A DNA stretch of 44,024 bases, taken from positions 1 through 44,024 of the forward strand of contig JBDHDY010000002.1 in the NCBI GenBank assembly GCA_039591275.1. Reading direction: 5' to 3'. Source of the DNA: Gemmatimonadota bacterium. Its GTDB lineage: Bacteria > Gemmatimonadota > Gemmatimonadetes > Gemmatimonadales > GWC2-71-9. Positions within the stretch are counted from its first letter, which is position 1. Every line of letters starts with the position of its first letter. The position numbers and the translations under genes were made by a program. Under the pieces are notes generated by a model. The model was not told where the DNA came from and searched no databases. It saw nothing but the letters and a program-made list of their open reading frames with translations. This document shows positions 8,662-18,191 of this stretch, piece after piece.

Positions 8662-9861
8662 CTACCCGTTCTCCTGATCCACATCGCCCCGGTCCAGAAG
8701 CAGCCTCTTCACATGGCCCGACCACCTTCTTATGCGCCCGATGCTTGACTCGCTATTTGCAGTTTTCACCTCTCGGGCGGCGATCGCATAGGTAGGACAC
8801 TGGCGTACGAAACCACCATCTGCGGGGGACCAGATTTGTTCGGGTTGCTTGACGATTGCCTTACCGGCGTCGTCGATGGCGAACATGTCGGCGCCTCCGT
8901 AGATCAAACAAAGGCCGCATCCGACGCACCGCTCACGGTCGATCCGAACACTGACGGCGCGCCGGGGGAAAATGCCTGAGGCATCCGATGCAGGCAGGTT
9001 GTCCAGCTCCGCGAGAATGGACTTTGTGCTTCGGTATCCGGCGTCGATGAACTCGCGCGCATGGCGGAAGGCGAACATACCCAGGTGCTCCACCGGCGGT
9101 TCCAGAAGGATGAGGGGCGGGCGGTCCCACTGCTGCAGAGCTTGATCGCGCATGGTCTGAATGGCGATCTCGATGACCCGGGAGTACACGGCTGCGATGC
9201 CCTCGGAGTGAATTTCCGCTGGCACGACGGTATTCGAGCCGACATCGACTGCCAGAACGAAATCCCTCTTGCGCGCCGCGGCGACACCGAGCGGGAGGTT
9301 CTCCACAACAGCTCCGTCGACGAAATAGCGACCTTGGATCTCTTGCGGTGGAAGGAATCCCGGAAGCGCGCACGAGGCGTACACCGCATCAGCTATTTGT
9401 ACGTCGGTGAATCCTGGGGTGCCCCACAGTACCTGTTGCCCCGAGTTGAGGTCCACGGTGTTCACCATGAACGGGACCTTTAGGTCCTCGAACGTGATGT
9501 CGCCCACGAGCCCCCTGATGAGTCGCTCGAGGGGCTCGCGGCGGTAAAGCGCCGGAGCCTGCATGCGCTTGAAGGCCACCTCGGTGGAAGCCATTCTGAG
9601 GATATCCCGACGCCTGATCCCCACGGCCACTGACTGTAACTCGCTGATCGAGACGCCGGCGCACCAGCTGGCTCCAATGAGTGCGCCGATGCTCGAGCCC
9701 ACGATCTCGACCGGCCGTACACCGGCTTCCTCTAGTGCGGTGAGCACCCCAAGGTGCGCCAAGCCCTTGATGCCGCCACCACCCAGAACGAGCGTGAATT
9801 CCCGGGTCTGCAAGATCTCCCTCCCACAACGGTTCCTGTACGTTAGCACACCGACCGTCAC
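8662..9861 (-). CDS. patatin-like phospholipase with a C-terminal ferredoxin-like CxxCxxC...CP module
   Basis: Patatin motifs GGGGIKG, GSSIG (nucleophile Ser) and VDGA (Asp). The C-terminus reads RCVGCGLCLIYGG...RQCPTYAI. GTG start. Confidence 0.8.
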   Translation of the reverse strand: MTVGVLTYRNRCGREILQTREFTLVLGGGGIKGLAHLGVLTALEEAGVRPVEIVGSSIGALIGASWCAGVSISELQSVAVGIRRRDILRMASTEVAFKRMQAPALYRREPLERLIRGLVGDITFEDLKVPFMVNTVDLNSGQQVLWGTPGFTDVQIADAVYASCALPGFLPPQEIQGRYFVDGAVVENLPLGVAAARKRDFVLAVDVGSNTVVPAEIHSEGIAAVYSRVIEIAIQTMRDQALQQWDRPPLILLEPPVEHLGMFAFRHAREFIDAGYRSTKSILAELDNLPASDASGIFPRRAVSVRIDRERCVGCGLCLIYGGADMFAIDDAGKAIVKQPEQIWSPADGGFVRQCPTYAIAAREVKTANSESSIGRIRRWSGHVKRLLLDRGDVDQENG

Positions 9862-9944
9862 GAACCCAGCCGGAGTAACCCTTCAGGCGTGCATCGTGCT
9901 AGTTTTATGGATCCAAAGTCCGCACCGCGCGCGCGCGGGGCGCA

Positions 9945-11165
9945 TTGGCCACCTCTGAGGTCGGAACGGTTCCAAAGCGCATGACCGAGCCTTCCCTCAT
10001 CGACTCAACGGCCGAATCCATCACTCAGACGTTTCGCCACCTACGCGAGTCTGAGTTTCCGTGGACGGCCGAGACGACGTATCTCAACAACGCCAGCATC
10101 GGTCCGCTGCCGGAGCGTGCGCGGCGCGTCATCGATGCGTTTACTGCAAAACGCACGGCGCCCTATCTGTTGCCTGACCGAGACCTCCTCCAGGTTCTCG
10201 CCGATGCCCGAGCCGCCGCGGCCCGCCTGGTGAACGCGGAAGTTAGTGAGATCGGCTTGGCGACCAACACCGGACACGGACTCAATCTAGCGGCGGGCGC
10301 ACTTCCCCTGAGAGACGGCGACATCGTCTTGGTGTCCGACAAAGAATTTCCGGCCAATGTCTACCCGTGGCTGATGCTGCAGGACCGGGGTGTCAAAGTC
10401 GAGTTCACCCCCACTACCGGGCAAGGGTGGCCCGATGAAGAACTTATTCTGACGCGGCTGGAAGATCCCCGAGTGCGAGTACTTGCCATGTCCTTTGTCC
10501 AGTTCTCCAACGGATACCGGACCAACCTACGTGAACTGGGTGAGGCCTGCCGCGAGAACGGTGCCTTCTTCGTGGTGGACGGGATTCAAGGTGTGGGACA
10601 GGTGCCGTTGGACGTGAAGGACGCTCCTATCGACATACTCGCGTGTGGCGGTCAGAAATGGCTCCTATCCCCCTGGGGGTCGGGTTTTGTGTACGTCCGC
10701 CAGGAGTTGCTTCAGGTGCTCGAGCCGGTGGTGTGTGGTTGGATGGCCTTCGAGGGAACCGATGATTTCAGTCATCTCACGGACTACAACCCAATCTACC
10801 GCTCCGACGCACGACGGTATGAGACTATCACGCTTCCCTTCCAGGACTTTGTGGGGATGATCGAGAGCGTCTCGATGCTCTTCGAACTCGGCGTAGACCG
10901 CATCGCTGCATACGCACGCCTGCTCAGGGAACCGCTCCTCAGACGGGCCAACCTAGGCGAACTGCGGTTGGCGTCGCCCACGGACCCGGAAAGTGATTCG
11001 GCCATCATTTGCGTCGTACCGGAGCACCCGGCGGAAACCTACCACCAGCTGAAGCGGGCGAATGTGGTGTGCTCGTTACGGGAAGGTATGGTCCGTTTTT
11101 CCCCACACTGCTACAACACGGTGGACGAGATGGAGCGGGTGGCGGCGATTCTGTGTGGCGAATGA
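9945..11165 (+). CDS. class V aminotransferase (cysteine desulfurase / selenocysteine lyase-like)
   Basis: TYLNNASIGPLPERARR, GGQKWLLSPWGSGFVYVR (PLP-Lys region), VRFSPHCYNT. TTG start at 9945; alternative ATG at 9981. Confidence 0.85.
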   Translation: MATSEVGTVPKRMTEPSLIDSTAESITQTFRHLRESEFPWTAETTYLNNASIGPLPERARRVIDAFTAKRTAPYLLPDRDLLQVLADARAAAARLVNAEVSEIGLATNTGHGLNLAAGALPLRDGDIVLVSDKEFPANVYPWLMLQDRGVKVEFTPTTGQGWPDEELILTRLEDPRVRVLAMSFVQFSNGYRTNLRELGEACRENGAFFVVDGIQGVGQVPLDVKDAPIDILACGGQKWLLSPWGSGFVYVRQELLQVLEPVVCGWMAFEGTDDFSHLTDYNPIYRSDARRYETITLPFQDFVGMIESVSMLFELGVDRIAAYARLLREPLLRRANLGELRLASPTDPESDSAIICVVPEHPAETYHQLKRANVVCSLREGMVRFSPHCYNTVDEMERVAAILCGE

Positions 11166-11584
11166 AGGCCGATTGTATTTTTTGCCAAATTCTCGCCAGG
11201 AAAATCCCCGGGAGTTTCGTGTTCGAGGACGACGTCGTTGCCGTCTTTCTCGATCTCTACCCCGTCAACCCCGGCCACGCCCTTGTCGTGCCGAAAGGTC
11301 ACACGGACGACCTCTTGTCGTGTTCGCCGGAAGTGGCTGGTCGGCTCTTTGAGGTCGCGGCGCGTTTTGCACCAGTGCTCGTTCGAGCGACAGGCGCCGA
11401 GGGGTTCAATGTGTGGACCGCCAACGGCCAGGCGGCAGGACAAGAAGTGTTCCACCTCCACCTGCATGTTCTGCCTCGTTTTGGGAACGATACGTTCGGA
11501 TTGCGGTTTCCCAAGGGTTACCCGCGGGCAGCGCCTCGTGAGGAGCTAGACGCGATGGCGGCTGAGATCAGGTCGAGGGTGTGA
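11162..11584 (+). CDS. HIT family hydrolase
   Basis: 140 aa from ATG 11162 (ATGA overlap with the upstream stop): CIFCQILARKIP, NPGHALVVPK, histidine triad HLHLHVLPR. Confidence 0.85.
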   Translation: MKADCIFCQILARKIPGSFVFEDDVVAVFLDLYPVNPGHALVVPKGHTDDLLSCSPEVAGRLFEVAARFAPVLVRATGAEGFNVWTANGQAAGQEVFHLHLHVLPRFGNDTFGLRFPKGYPRAAPREELDAMAAEIRSRV

Positions 11585-12842
11585 AGAGAATTGAGTCGGT
11601 CTTCTTCCCGCGTTGAATCCAAAAAATATCCTTGTCACTCCCGTGCAGCGGCTTGAACCCGGTGGAGGTGGCGTCAGTCACTTTGTGGCCGTTGATGGAG
11701 ATGCCTCCCTGTTCGATTAGCCGCCGCGCTTCGCCTTTGGATTTCACGATACTCGAACTCGCTACAAGATCGACAGCAGAGGTGCTCGAGCCGAATCCCT
11801 TGGGCAGTTCTGCGGAGGGGAGTTCGGCCAGTAACATGTTCCAGGTCTCGGGCTTGGCCTTTTTGGGGTCGAGCTCGCCAAACCTGACCTGTGAAGCCTC
11901 GATCACGCGGTCCGAGGCCTCGCCTCCATGCACTCGCGCTGTGATGTCTTTCGCCAAAGCCCGGTGGGGCACACGGCTTCCCGGTTCTTGCCCGTGGGCC
12001 TCTATCAGATCGCGAATCTCGCCCCGCGACATGAAAGTGAACAGCTGCAGATACGACTCTACGTCCCGGTCGTCCACGTTGATCCAGAACTGATAGAACT
12101 GGTACGGTGAAGTACGCTCCGCGTCGAGCCAAACGGCCCCGGCCTCCGTCTTGCCGAACTTGGCCCCGCTAGCCGTAGTGACCAGTGGCGCCGAGAGTCC
12201 ATGGGCGTCCCCTCCCTCGACGCGCCGGATGAGATCCACGCCAGCTGTGATGTTCCCCCATTGGTCGCTCCCACCCATCTGGAGTTCGCAGCCATTGGTG
12301 CGGTAGAGATGGAGGAAGTCATATGCCTGGAGCAACATGTAGCTGAATTCTGTGTATGAAATACCGGCTTCCATGCGTGACTTCACCGATTCCTTTTGCA
12401 ACATGAGGGAAATCGTGAAGTGTTTGCCGATGTCCCTGAGAAAATCGACTAAGACCAGTTCCCCCAGCCAGTCGGCGTTGTTCACCACCCGGGCGGCCGT
12501 CTTGGGATCCTCGAAGTCGAGGAAGCTCTCGAGCTGCCGGCGCTGCCGCTCGGCGTTCGCCTCCACTTCCGCTCTGCTGAGGAGCGGACGCTCCGAGCGC
12601 TTGCCGCTAGGGTCGCCGATCATCCCTGTCCCACCGCCGACCACGACGATCGGGGTACCGCCAGCCCGCTGCAGGTGAGCAAGCAACATGACGGGAACGA
12701 GGTTGCCGATCTGGAGGCTCGGAGATGACGGGTCGAACCCTACGTAACCGGTTATCGGTCCCTTGGTGAGCCGTTCGGCCAACCCCGGGGTCGTGTCGTA
12801 AATGAGGCCCCGCCAAGCGAGTTCGTCGAGAAGACTCTTCAT
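11568..12842 (-). CDS. tyrS: tyrosine--tRNA ligase
   Basis: 424 aa from ATG 12842: MKSLLDELAWRGLIYD, GYVGFDPSSPSLQIGNLV (HIGH-class motif), KFGKTE (KMSKS-class motif), C-terminal S4 domain ARRLIEQGGISINGHKV. The 162-aa upstream extension in the track is junk and overlaps the PBP gene. Confidence 0.9.
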   Translation of the reverse strand: MKSLLDELAWRGLIYDTTPGLAERLTKGPITGYVGFDPSSPSLQIGNLVPVMLLAHLQRAGGTPIVVVGGGTGMIGDPSGKRSERPLLSRAEVEANAERQRRQLESFLDFEDPKTAARVVNNADWLGELVLVDFLRDIGKHFTISLMLQKESVKSRMEAGISYTEFSYMLLQAYDFLHLYRTNGCELQMGGSDQWGNITAGVDLIRRVEGGDAHGLSAPLVTTASGAKFGKTEAGAVWLDAERTSPYQFYQFWINVDDRDVESYLQLFTFMSRGEIRDLIEAHGQEPGSRVPHRALAKDITARVHGGEASDRVIEASQVRFGELDPKKAKPETWNMLLAELPSAELPKGFGSSTSAVDLVASSSIVKSKGEARRLIEQGGISINGHKVTDATSTGFKPLHGSDKDIFWIQRGKKTDSILFTPST

Positions 12843-12905
12843 CGGCGCGAAGGTTACGTCGCCCACTGACTGCTGGCAAGCTGCGACGGGAGCGACTACG
12901 TTTCG

Positions 12906-15050
12906 ATGATTATGGTCTCGCCGGTAAAACCCCTCATCGCCTTGTGGCGCAAGCCGCGGACCCGAACCACCGTGCTGTTCGGCACCGTCTCGATGCTGGG
13001 CTTGGGCTTGGGCGTGGCGTGGGGTTCGTGGACCAGAGCCTGCGCGGGCAACGCCTGCCCTTCGATCGCCGCCCTGGAAGACTACACGCCAGTTCAATCC
13101 GTCAAGTTCTATGCGGCGGATGGGCGTCTGATTACCGACCTGGGTGAAAGACGCACCGTGCTGCCGTTGGCAGAGATGTCCCCGGCAATCCCGGCGGCGT
13201 TTCTCGCCATCGAGGACAAGCGCTTCTATCAGCACAACGGTATTGACTACGTGCGGTTCCTCGGTGCACTGAGACGCGTCATTCTGGCCCGCCGCTACGC
13301 TGAGGGATTCTCCACCATCACTATGCAACTTCCGCGGAACATCTTCGACCGCGTCTCGCGGAAGAAGACGATCCGACGCAAGATCCGCGAGGTCCTCATG
13401 GCCCTCGAGATCGAGCGGACATTCTCAAAGGATCGGATTCTCGAACTCTACTTGAATCAGATCTATCTCGGTGGCGGAGCCAATGGCGTTGAAGAAGCGG
13501 CGCAGCGGTACTTCGGCAAGTCTTCGTCGCAGGTCAACGTGGCGGAAGCTGCTATGCTCGCAGCACTCCCTCTCCGGCCCGCCGCCTACGATCCGCGGCG
13601 GCACCCCGACGCCGCCGTGAGGCGCCGCAACGTCGTGTTGAATCTCATGCGGGATCAAGAGTTCCTCACGTCTGAGGAAGCGGAGCGGTGGAAAGCGTAT
13701 CCGCTGCAGGTGAACACGCGGGGCGATTACGAAGGTGTGGCGGAGTACTTCGTGGAGTGGGTCCGGCAGCAGTTGTACGCCCGGTTGGGCAGCAATCTCT
13801 ACACCGAGGGCTATCGGGTCTACACCACGCTCGATCTCGACATGCAGATCGCGGCGGAGCGGGCTCTGGAAGACCAGCTGCAAGTCATCGAAAGCGGCAA
13901 CCTCAGACCAGACCTGCCGCACCGCGACTTCCCCCACCAGACGTACCAGGATTACCTGGACAGTCTCGAGGGACCCCCCCCGCTGGTGGAGACGACGCCG
14001 TACCTGCAAGGAGCCTTCATAGCGTTGGACGCGGAAACCGGTTCTGTCTGGGCCATGGTCGGCGGGCGAAACTTCCGCGAGTCCCGTTTCAACCGAGCGA
14101 CTCAGGCAGCACGCCAGCCGGGTTCGACCTTCAAGCCATTCGTGTACGCAAGTGCGATCCGAGCCGACCGGCCACCTAGCCACATCATCGTGGACGGCCC
14201 GATCAGCATCATGCAGAACGACAGTATGCCATGGGAACCTCGGAACTTCGAGGATGATTATCGTGGGCCCATGACGCTGCGGAGAGGGCTCCGACAGTCA
14301 CGCAACCTCGTCGCCATAAGGCTCGGCCAGGAGTTGGGAGTGTCGACTGTGAAGGGCGAAGCGCTCCGGTTCGGGCTCTCCACCCGTATTCCCGACGTGC
14401 CGTCCATCTTCATTGGCTCGGCCAGCGTGTTGCCGTTGGAGATGGTGTCCGCGTATACGGCGTTTGCCAATCTCGGCGTGCACACGGCTCCGCTGGGGGT
14501 GCTCCGGGTGGAAGACGTCGAGGGCAACATCGTATGGCAACCGCAGGTCCGCCGAGACGAAGTGATGGATCCCGAACACATGTGGTTGCTCACGAACATG
14601 CTCGAGGATGTCGCGAACCGTGGAACGGCATACACGGCGGTGCGAGCCATCGGCAAGGTCCCATACGACATCCCGGTAGGCGGGAAGACGGGAACCACGA
14701 ACGATGGCACGGACGTGTGGTTCATCGGTTTCACGCCAGAGCTGGTGGCCGGGGTTTGGATCGGGTTCGACGAGCCGCAGAAGATCATGGCGAATTCCGC
14801 GGGCGGGCTGCTTGCCGCGCCGGCTTGGGCCAACTTCATCAACGAAGTCTATAGTAGGCGTCCTCGCCCGGAGGGGTGGCAACGTCCGGCTAACCTCGTC
14901 ACGCGAGAGGTGGACAACACGACTGGCTATCTAGCCACTCCGTTTTGTCCCCGTGCGGAGACGCACTGGGAGTGGTTCATTCCGGGCACGGAGCCACGGG
15001 AGTACTGCCCCGTCCACAGCCGCTTTTGGGGACTATCCAGTGTACGATGA
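12906..15050 (+). CDS. class A penicillin-binding protein (glycosyltransferase + transpeptidase), PBP1A family
   Basis: N-terminal TM segment. GT51 motifs EDKRFYQHNGID and RKIREVLMALEIERTFSKDRILELYLNQIYLG. Transpeptidase motifs STFKPF (SxxK), SRN and KTGTTND. Confidence 0.9.
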   Translation: MIMVSPVKPLIALWRKPRTRTTVLFGTVSMLGLGLGVAWGSWTRACAGNACPSIAALEDYTPVQSVKFYAADGRLITDLGERRTVLPLAEMSPAIPAAFLAIEDKRFYQHNGIDYVRFLGALRRVILARRYAEGFSTITMQLPRNIFDRVSRKKTIRRKIREVLMALEIERTFSKDRILELYLNQIYLGGGANGVEEAAQRYFGKSSSQVNVAEAAMLAALPLRPAAYDPRRHPDAAVRRRNVVLNLMRDQEFLTSEEAERWKAYPLQVNTRGDYEGVAEYFVEWVRQQLYARLGSNLYTEGYRVYTTLDLDMQIAAERALEDQLQVIESGNLRPDLPHRDFPHQTYQDYLDSLEGPPPLVETTPYLQGAFIALDAETGSVWAMVGGRNFRESRFNRATQAARQPGSTFKPFVYASAIRADRPPSHIIVDGPISIMQNDSMPWEPRNFEDDYRGPMTLRRGLRQSRNLVAIRLGQELGVSTVKGEALRFGLSTRIPDVPSIFIGSASVLPLEMVSAYTAFANLGVHTAPLGVLRVEDVEGNIVWQPQVRRDEVMDPEHMWLLTNMLEDVANRGTAYTAVRAIGKVPYDIPVGGKTGTTNDGTDVWFIGFTPELVAGVWIGFDEPQKIMANSAGGLLAAPAWANFINEVYSRRPRPEGWQRPANLVTREVDNTTGYLATPFCPRAETHWEWFIPGTEPREYCPVHSRFWGLSSVR

Positions 15051-15074
15051 GGGGGTCCCGCCCGCCGAGGGCTG

Positions 15075-16367
15075 TTGAATCCCACTCACATCTCCGCCGG
15101 CTTTCTCTATCCGGTTTCCTCGCCTGCCATCGTAGACGGTGCCGTTCTCATAAGTGAGGACGGCAAGATTGCCGCCGTCGGGCCGGACCAATCGGTGCCG
15201 CGGCCCGAGGGTGTCATCTCGATGAGCTTCCCGAGCGCGGTTCTGCTCCCCGGGCTCGTGAATGCACATACCCATCTCGAGTTGACCACGCTCGGCGGCC
15301 GTTGCAACGACCGAGAGTTTTTCGATTGGATTCAGAACGTGCGACAGAGCAAAGCCGAGCTGGCCCCGGAGGAGTTCGAGGAGTCAGCTCGCTGCGGTGT
15401 TCGAGACGCGTGGCGGCACGGCGTCACAACCGTGGCCGACACCGGAGACTCGGGGGCCGTTGCCCGGGCGCTCGCGGAACTCCGTGGTCGCGGCATCGTG
15501 TATCAAGAGGTTTTTGGTCCCCATCCGCTCCAAGCCGATGAAGCCTTCGCCGAGCTTGTCACCACTATCGAGCGGCTGCATGCGGATGCCGCATCGGATG
15601 ATGTGCACATCGGCGTTTCTCCCCATGCCCCGTACTCGGTGAGCGGGGCTCTCTTCAGCCGTGTTGCGCAATTCGCCAGGAACGAAGGACTCCCCATCGC
15701 GGTTCACGTGGCTGAATCCAGAGAAGAGAGTGCGTTGGTTACCGGGGGCGCTGGTCCGTTTGCCGCATCCTGGCGCGAGCGGGGCGTTCCGGAGATCTCC
15801 TTGGCTCGCTCGCCCGTGGCTTATTTACACGGTTTGGGCGTGCTGGACGCTTCGCCGCTCGCCATCCACGCAGTCCAGGCCGACTCGGACGATGCCGAGC
15901 TTCTGGCATCGCACGGGTGCGCGGTCGCCCTCTGCCCCCGGTCGAATGCCCGCCATGGACACGGCGCTGCCCCCGTGACGACTTTCCTTGAGGCCGAAAT
16001 CCCATGCGGGGTGGGAACAGATTCGGTGGCGAGTGTTGATTCCCTCGATCTGTTCCAGGATGCCCAGCGGGTCCGTCGCCTGGCCGGCCTCAGTGCGCCG
16101 CAAACAGTAAGGCTGATGACCCTCGACGGAGCAACGGCACTTGGGATCGGGGATGTCGGCTCGTTGGAGGTGGGAAAGTGGGCGGATCTCTGCGCTATTG
16201 AGATCTCACCGGGAGATGACGTGACCGACGAAGGTGTCGCGGAGCGGCTTCTCGCCAGGACGGCAAGAGATATCTTGCTGACGTGTGTGGGCGGCCGCCA
16301 GGTCCATGAGGCCGCGCCCGTGGGTGGGCGTCCGGCCGCTCAGCAGAATCTGGGAGAAATCGCATGA
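15075..16367 (+). CDS. amidohydrolase-superfamily protein (TRZ/ATZ, nucleoside/aminofutalosine-deaminase-like)
   Basis: LLPGLVNAHTHLELT (HxH metal site), AVHVAES, GVGTDS. TTG start. Substrate cannot be assigned by eye. Confidence 0.7.
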   Translation: MNPTHISAGFLYPVSSPAIVDGAVLISEDGKIAAVGPDQSVPRPEGVISMSFPSAVLLPGLVNAHTHLELTTLGGRCNDREFFDWIQNVRQSKAELAPEEFEESARCGVRDAWRHGVTTVADTGDSGAVARALAELRGRGIVYQEVFGPHPLQADEAFAELVTTIERLHADAASDDVHIGVSPHAPYSVSGALFSRVAQFARNEGLPIAVHVAESREESALVTGGAGPFAASWRERGVPEISLARSPVAYLHGLGVLDASPLAIHAVQADSDDAELLASHGCAVALCPRSNARHGHGAAPVTTFLEAEIPCGVGTDSVASVDSLDLFQDAQRVRRLAGLSAPQTVRLMTLDGATALGIGDVGSLEVGKWADLCAIEISPGDDVTDEGVAERLLARTARDILLTCVGGRQVHEAAPVGGRPAAQQNLGEIA

Positions 16368-16813
16368 AGGCCCAGCGTCATGCCGCCATTCTGCGTTTGA
16401 TCTCCACCAAGCGGATCCCGAGTCAGGAGAGTCTGCGTGAGCTTCTGGCCAAGGAGGGGATGGAGGTGACTCAGGCAACCCTGTCCCGGGACGTCCGTGA
16501 GCTGCGCTTGGCGAAGATCGCCGGTCCGGACGGTTCCTCTTACTATGGAGCGCCGCCGGAGCCAGAGATGCTGCACCCACCACTCGATCAGCTGGTGCCG
16601 GCGCTCCTGCTTTCCGCGGACGGTGTTGGGCCCCTGCTCCTGGCGCGGACCCCGCCGGGGAGCGCTGAAGCACTTGGCGGAGCGCTCGACAAAGCAGCTT
16701 GGGAGGGTGTCATCGGTACGATTGCCGGAGATGACACCCTGCTGATCATCACTCGAAGCGAGAAGTCCCGACGGGAGATCACTGAACGGCTGAGCAAAAT
16801 GGCCGGTCTCTGA
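16364..16813 (+). CDS. argR: arginine repressor ArgR
   Basis: N-terminal winged helix (QESLRELLAKEGMEVTQATLSRDVRELRL). C-terminal oligomerisation motif GTIAGDDTLLIITR. ATGA overlap with the upstream amidohydrolase. Confidence 0.85.
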   Translation: MKAQRHAAILRLISTKRIPSQESLRELLAKEGMEVTQATLSRDVRELRLAKIAGPDGSSYYGAPPEPEMLHPPLDQLVPALLLSADGVGPLLLARTPPGSAEALGGALDKAAWEGVIGTIAGDDTLLIITRSEKSRREITERLSKMAGL

Positions 16814-16885
16814 AGCGAACCCCCGACAGAACTGCCACACCCCACTCGAGCCCCGAGGCCAACAATCCAGCCAAAGGGGGGAGTG

Positions 16886-16942
16886 TTGACCGGACCCCGT
16901 GGTGTATGTATATTTATGCACTTAACTGTATATATCTGCGGA
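16886..16942 (+). promoter_or_regulatory. candidate argG promoter overlapped by two tandem ARG-box-like operators
   Basis: TTGACC (16886..16891), 17-nt spacer, TATATT (16909..16914). 18-mers at 16905..16922 (TATGTATATTTATGCACT) and 16925..16942 (ACTGTATATATCTGCGGA) resemble the E. coli-type ARG box wNTGAATwwwwATTCAnw. GGAG lies 6 nt before the argG ATG. Confidence 0.4.
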
Positions 16943-16949
16943 GCAAGAG

Positions 16950-18191
16950 ATGGGACCCTACGTAGTGTTGGCCTATTCCGGGGGGCTCGATACCTCGGCC
17001 ATCGTACCGTGGCTCAAGGAGACCTACGGAGCCAAGGTGCTGTGTTATGCCGCGGACGTCGGACAGGGTGGAGGTGAACTTCACGGGCTAGAGGAGAAGG
17101 CGGTGCGCTCGGGTGCTGCGGGCTGCGTCGTTGTGGATCTTCGAGAGGAGTTGGTCCGCAATTTTGTCTTCCCGACGGTCAAAGCCGGTGCGGTCTATGC
17201 CCGTACGTATCTGTTGGGGACAGCCATGGCGCGTCCGCCGGTTGCAGCGGCGCAGGTGGCTACCGCCAGGGATGCCGGGGCGACCGTCTTGGCGCACGGC
17301 TGTACCGGAAAGGGCAACGATCAGATTCGCTTCGAGCTGACCTACGCATCCCTCGCCCCGGAAATGGACGTGATCGCGCCGTGGCGGGAGTGGGAGTTTC
17401 AAGGTCGCGAGGATCTGTTGCGGTACCTGGCAGCCAAGGGCATTCCTGTTGAGGCGTCCGCAGAGAAGCCGTACAGCCGCGATCGGAACCTGTGGCATTG
17501 CTCTCACGAGGGTGGGATACTAGAGGATCCTGAGGTTGCTCCCCCGGCTGATCTGTTCCTCCTCACGCAGGATCCCGCCGATGCTCCCGACACCGCCGAG
17601 GAACTCTCAATCGAGTTCTACGATGGCGAGCCCGTGGCCGTGGACGGCGTGCCGCTCGCTCCCGTGACGCTCATCGAGCAGCTCAACGAGGTAGCGGGGC
17701 AGCACGGAATCGGGCGGGCGGATGTGGTGGAGGACCGGGTGGTGGGGATGAAGTCACGCGGTATTTACGAAACGCCGGGCGGCACGCTGTTGCACACAGC
17801 CCATCGCGAGCTCGAGCAGATCGTGCTCGACCGCCGTACGCTGGCTCTGAAAGACCAGCTTGCCCCGCGGTACGCAGATCTGGTGTACGAGGGACGCTGG
17901 TGGTCCACCGAGCGGGAGGCCCTCGATGCACTGGTTGCGAAGACGCAAGAACAGGTTGTTGGTGTCGTGCGGCTTCGTCTCTTCAAAGGCACCGTGAGCA
18001 TAGTCTCGCGTCAAAGCCCCTATTCACTGTATTCGGCGGCTCACGCGACGTTCGAGGCAGATGACGTGTTCGACCATCGTGACGCAGGTGGGTTCATTCG
18101 TCTCTTCGGCTTGGCCGCGCGGGTCAGCGCCGAACGGCGGGCTGGTCCCAGGGCCGAGACCGGCTCGCGAAGGCAGGTGGCCGCGATCTGA
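16950..18191 (+). CDS. argG: argininosuccinate synthase
   Basis: VVLAYSGGLDTS (ATP pyrophosphatase motif), AHGCTGKGNDQIRFE, GRADVVEDRVVGMKSRGIYETPGG. Confidence 0.92.
   Translation: MGPYVVLAYSGGLDTSAIVPWLKETYGAKVLCYAADVGQGGGELHGLEEKAVRSGAAGCVVVDLREELVRNFVFPTVKAGAVYARTYLLGTAMARPPVAAAQVATARDAGATVLAHGCTGKGNDQIRFELTYASLAPEMDVIAPWREWEFQGREDLLRYLAAKGIPVEASAEKPYSRDRNLWHCSHEGGILEDPEVAPPADLFLLTQDPADAPDTAEELSIEFYDGEPVAVDGVPLAPVTLIEQLNEVAGQHGIGRADVVEDRVVGMKSRGIYETPGGTLLHTAHRELEQIVLDRRTLALKDQLAPRYADLVYEGRWWSTEREALDALVAKTQEQVVGVVRLRLFKGTVSIVSRQSPYSLYSAAHATFEADDVFDHRDAGGFIRLFGLAARVSAERRAGPRAETGSRRQVAAI

Noticed and set aside
8662-9861. Patatin lipase as a CBASS (CapV-like) effector
   Set aside because: No cyclic-oligonucleotide synthase, SAVED/STING or Cap2/Cap3-like gene is adjacent. 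The neighbours are a methyltransferase and an aminotransferase in convergent or divergent orientation.
11568-11584. 17-nt convergent overlap of the HIT and tyrS 3' ends (and the 4-nt CTAG overlap of thiE/mltG at 36195..36198)
   Set aside because: Short convergent overlaps are common in compact high-GC genomes. There is no additional structure or conservation argument available from the sequence alone.
12843-13328. 162-aa N-terminal extension of the tyrS ORF (586 aa in the track)
   Set aside because: The extension overlaps the PBP gene on the other strand and has no TyrRS similarity. The conserved TyrRS N-terminus starts at ATG 12842.
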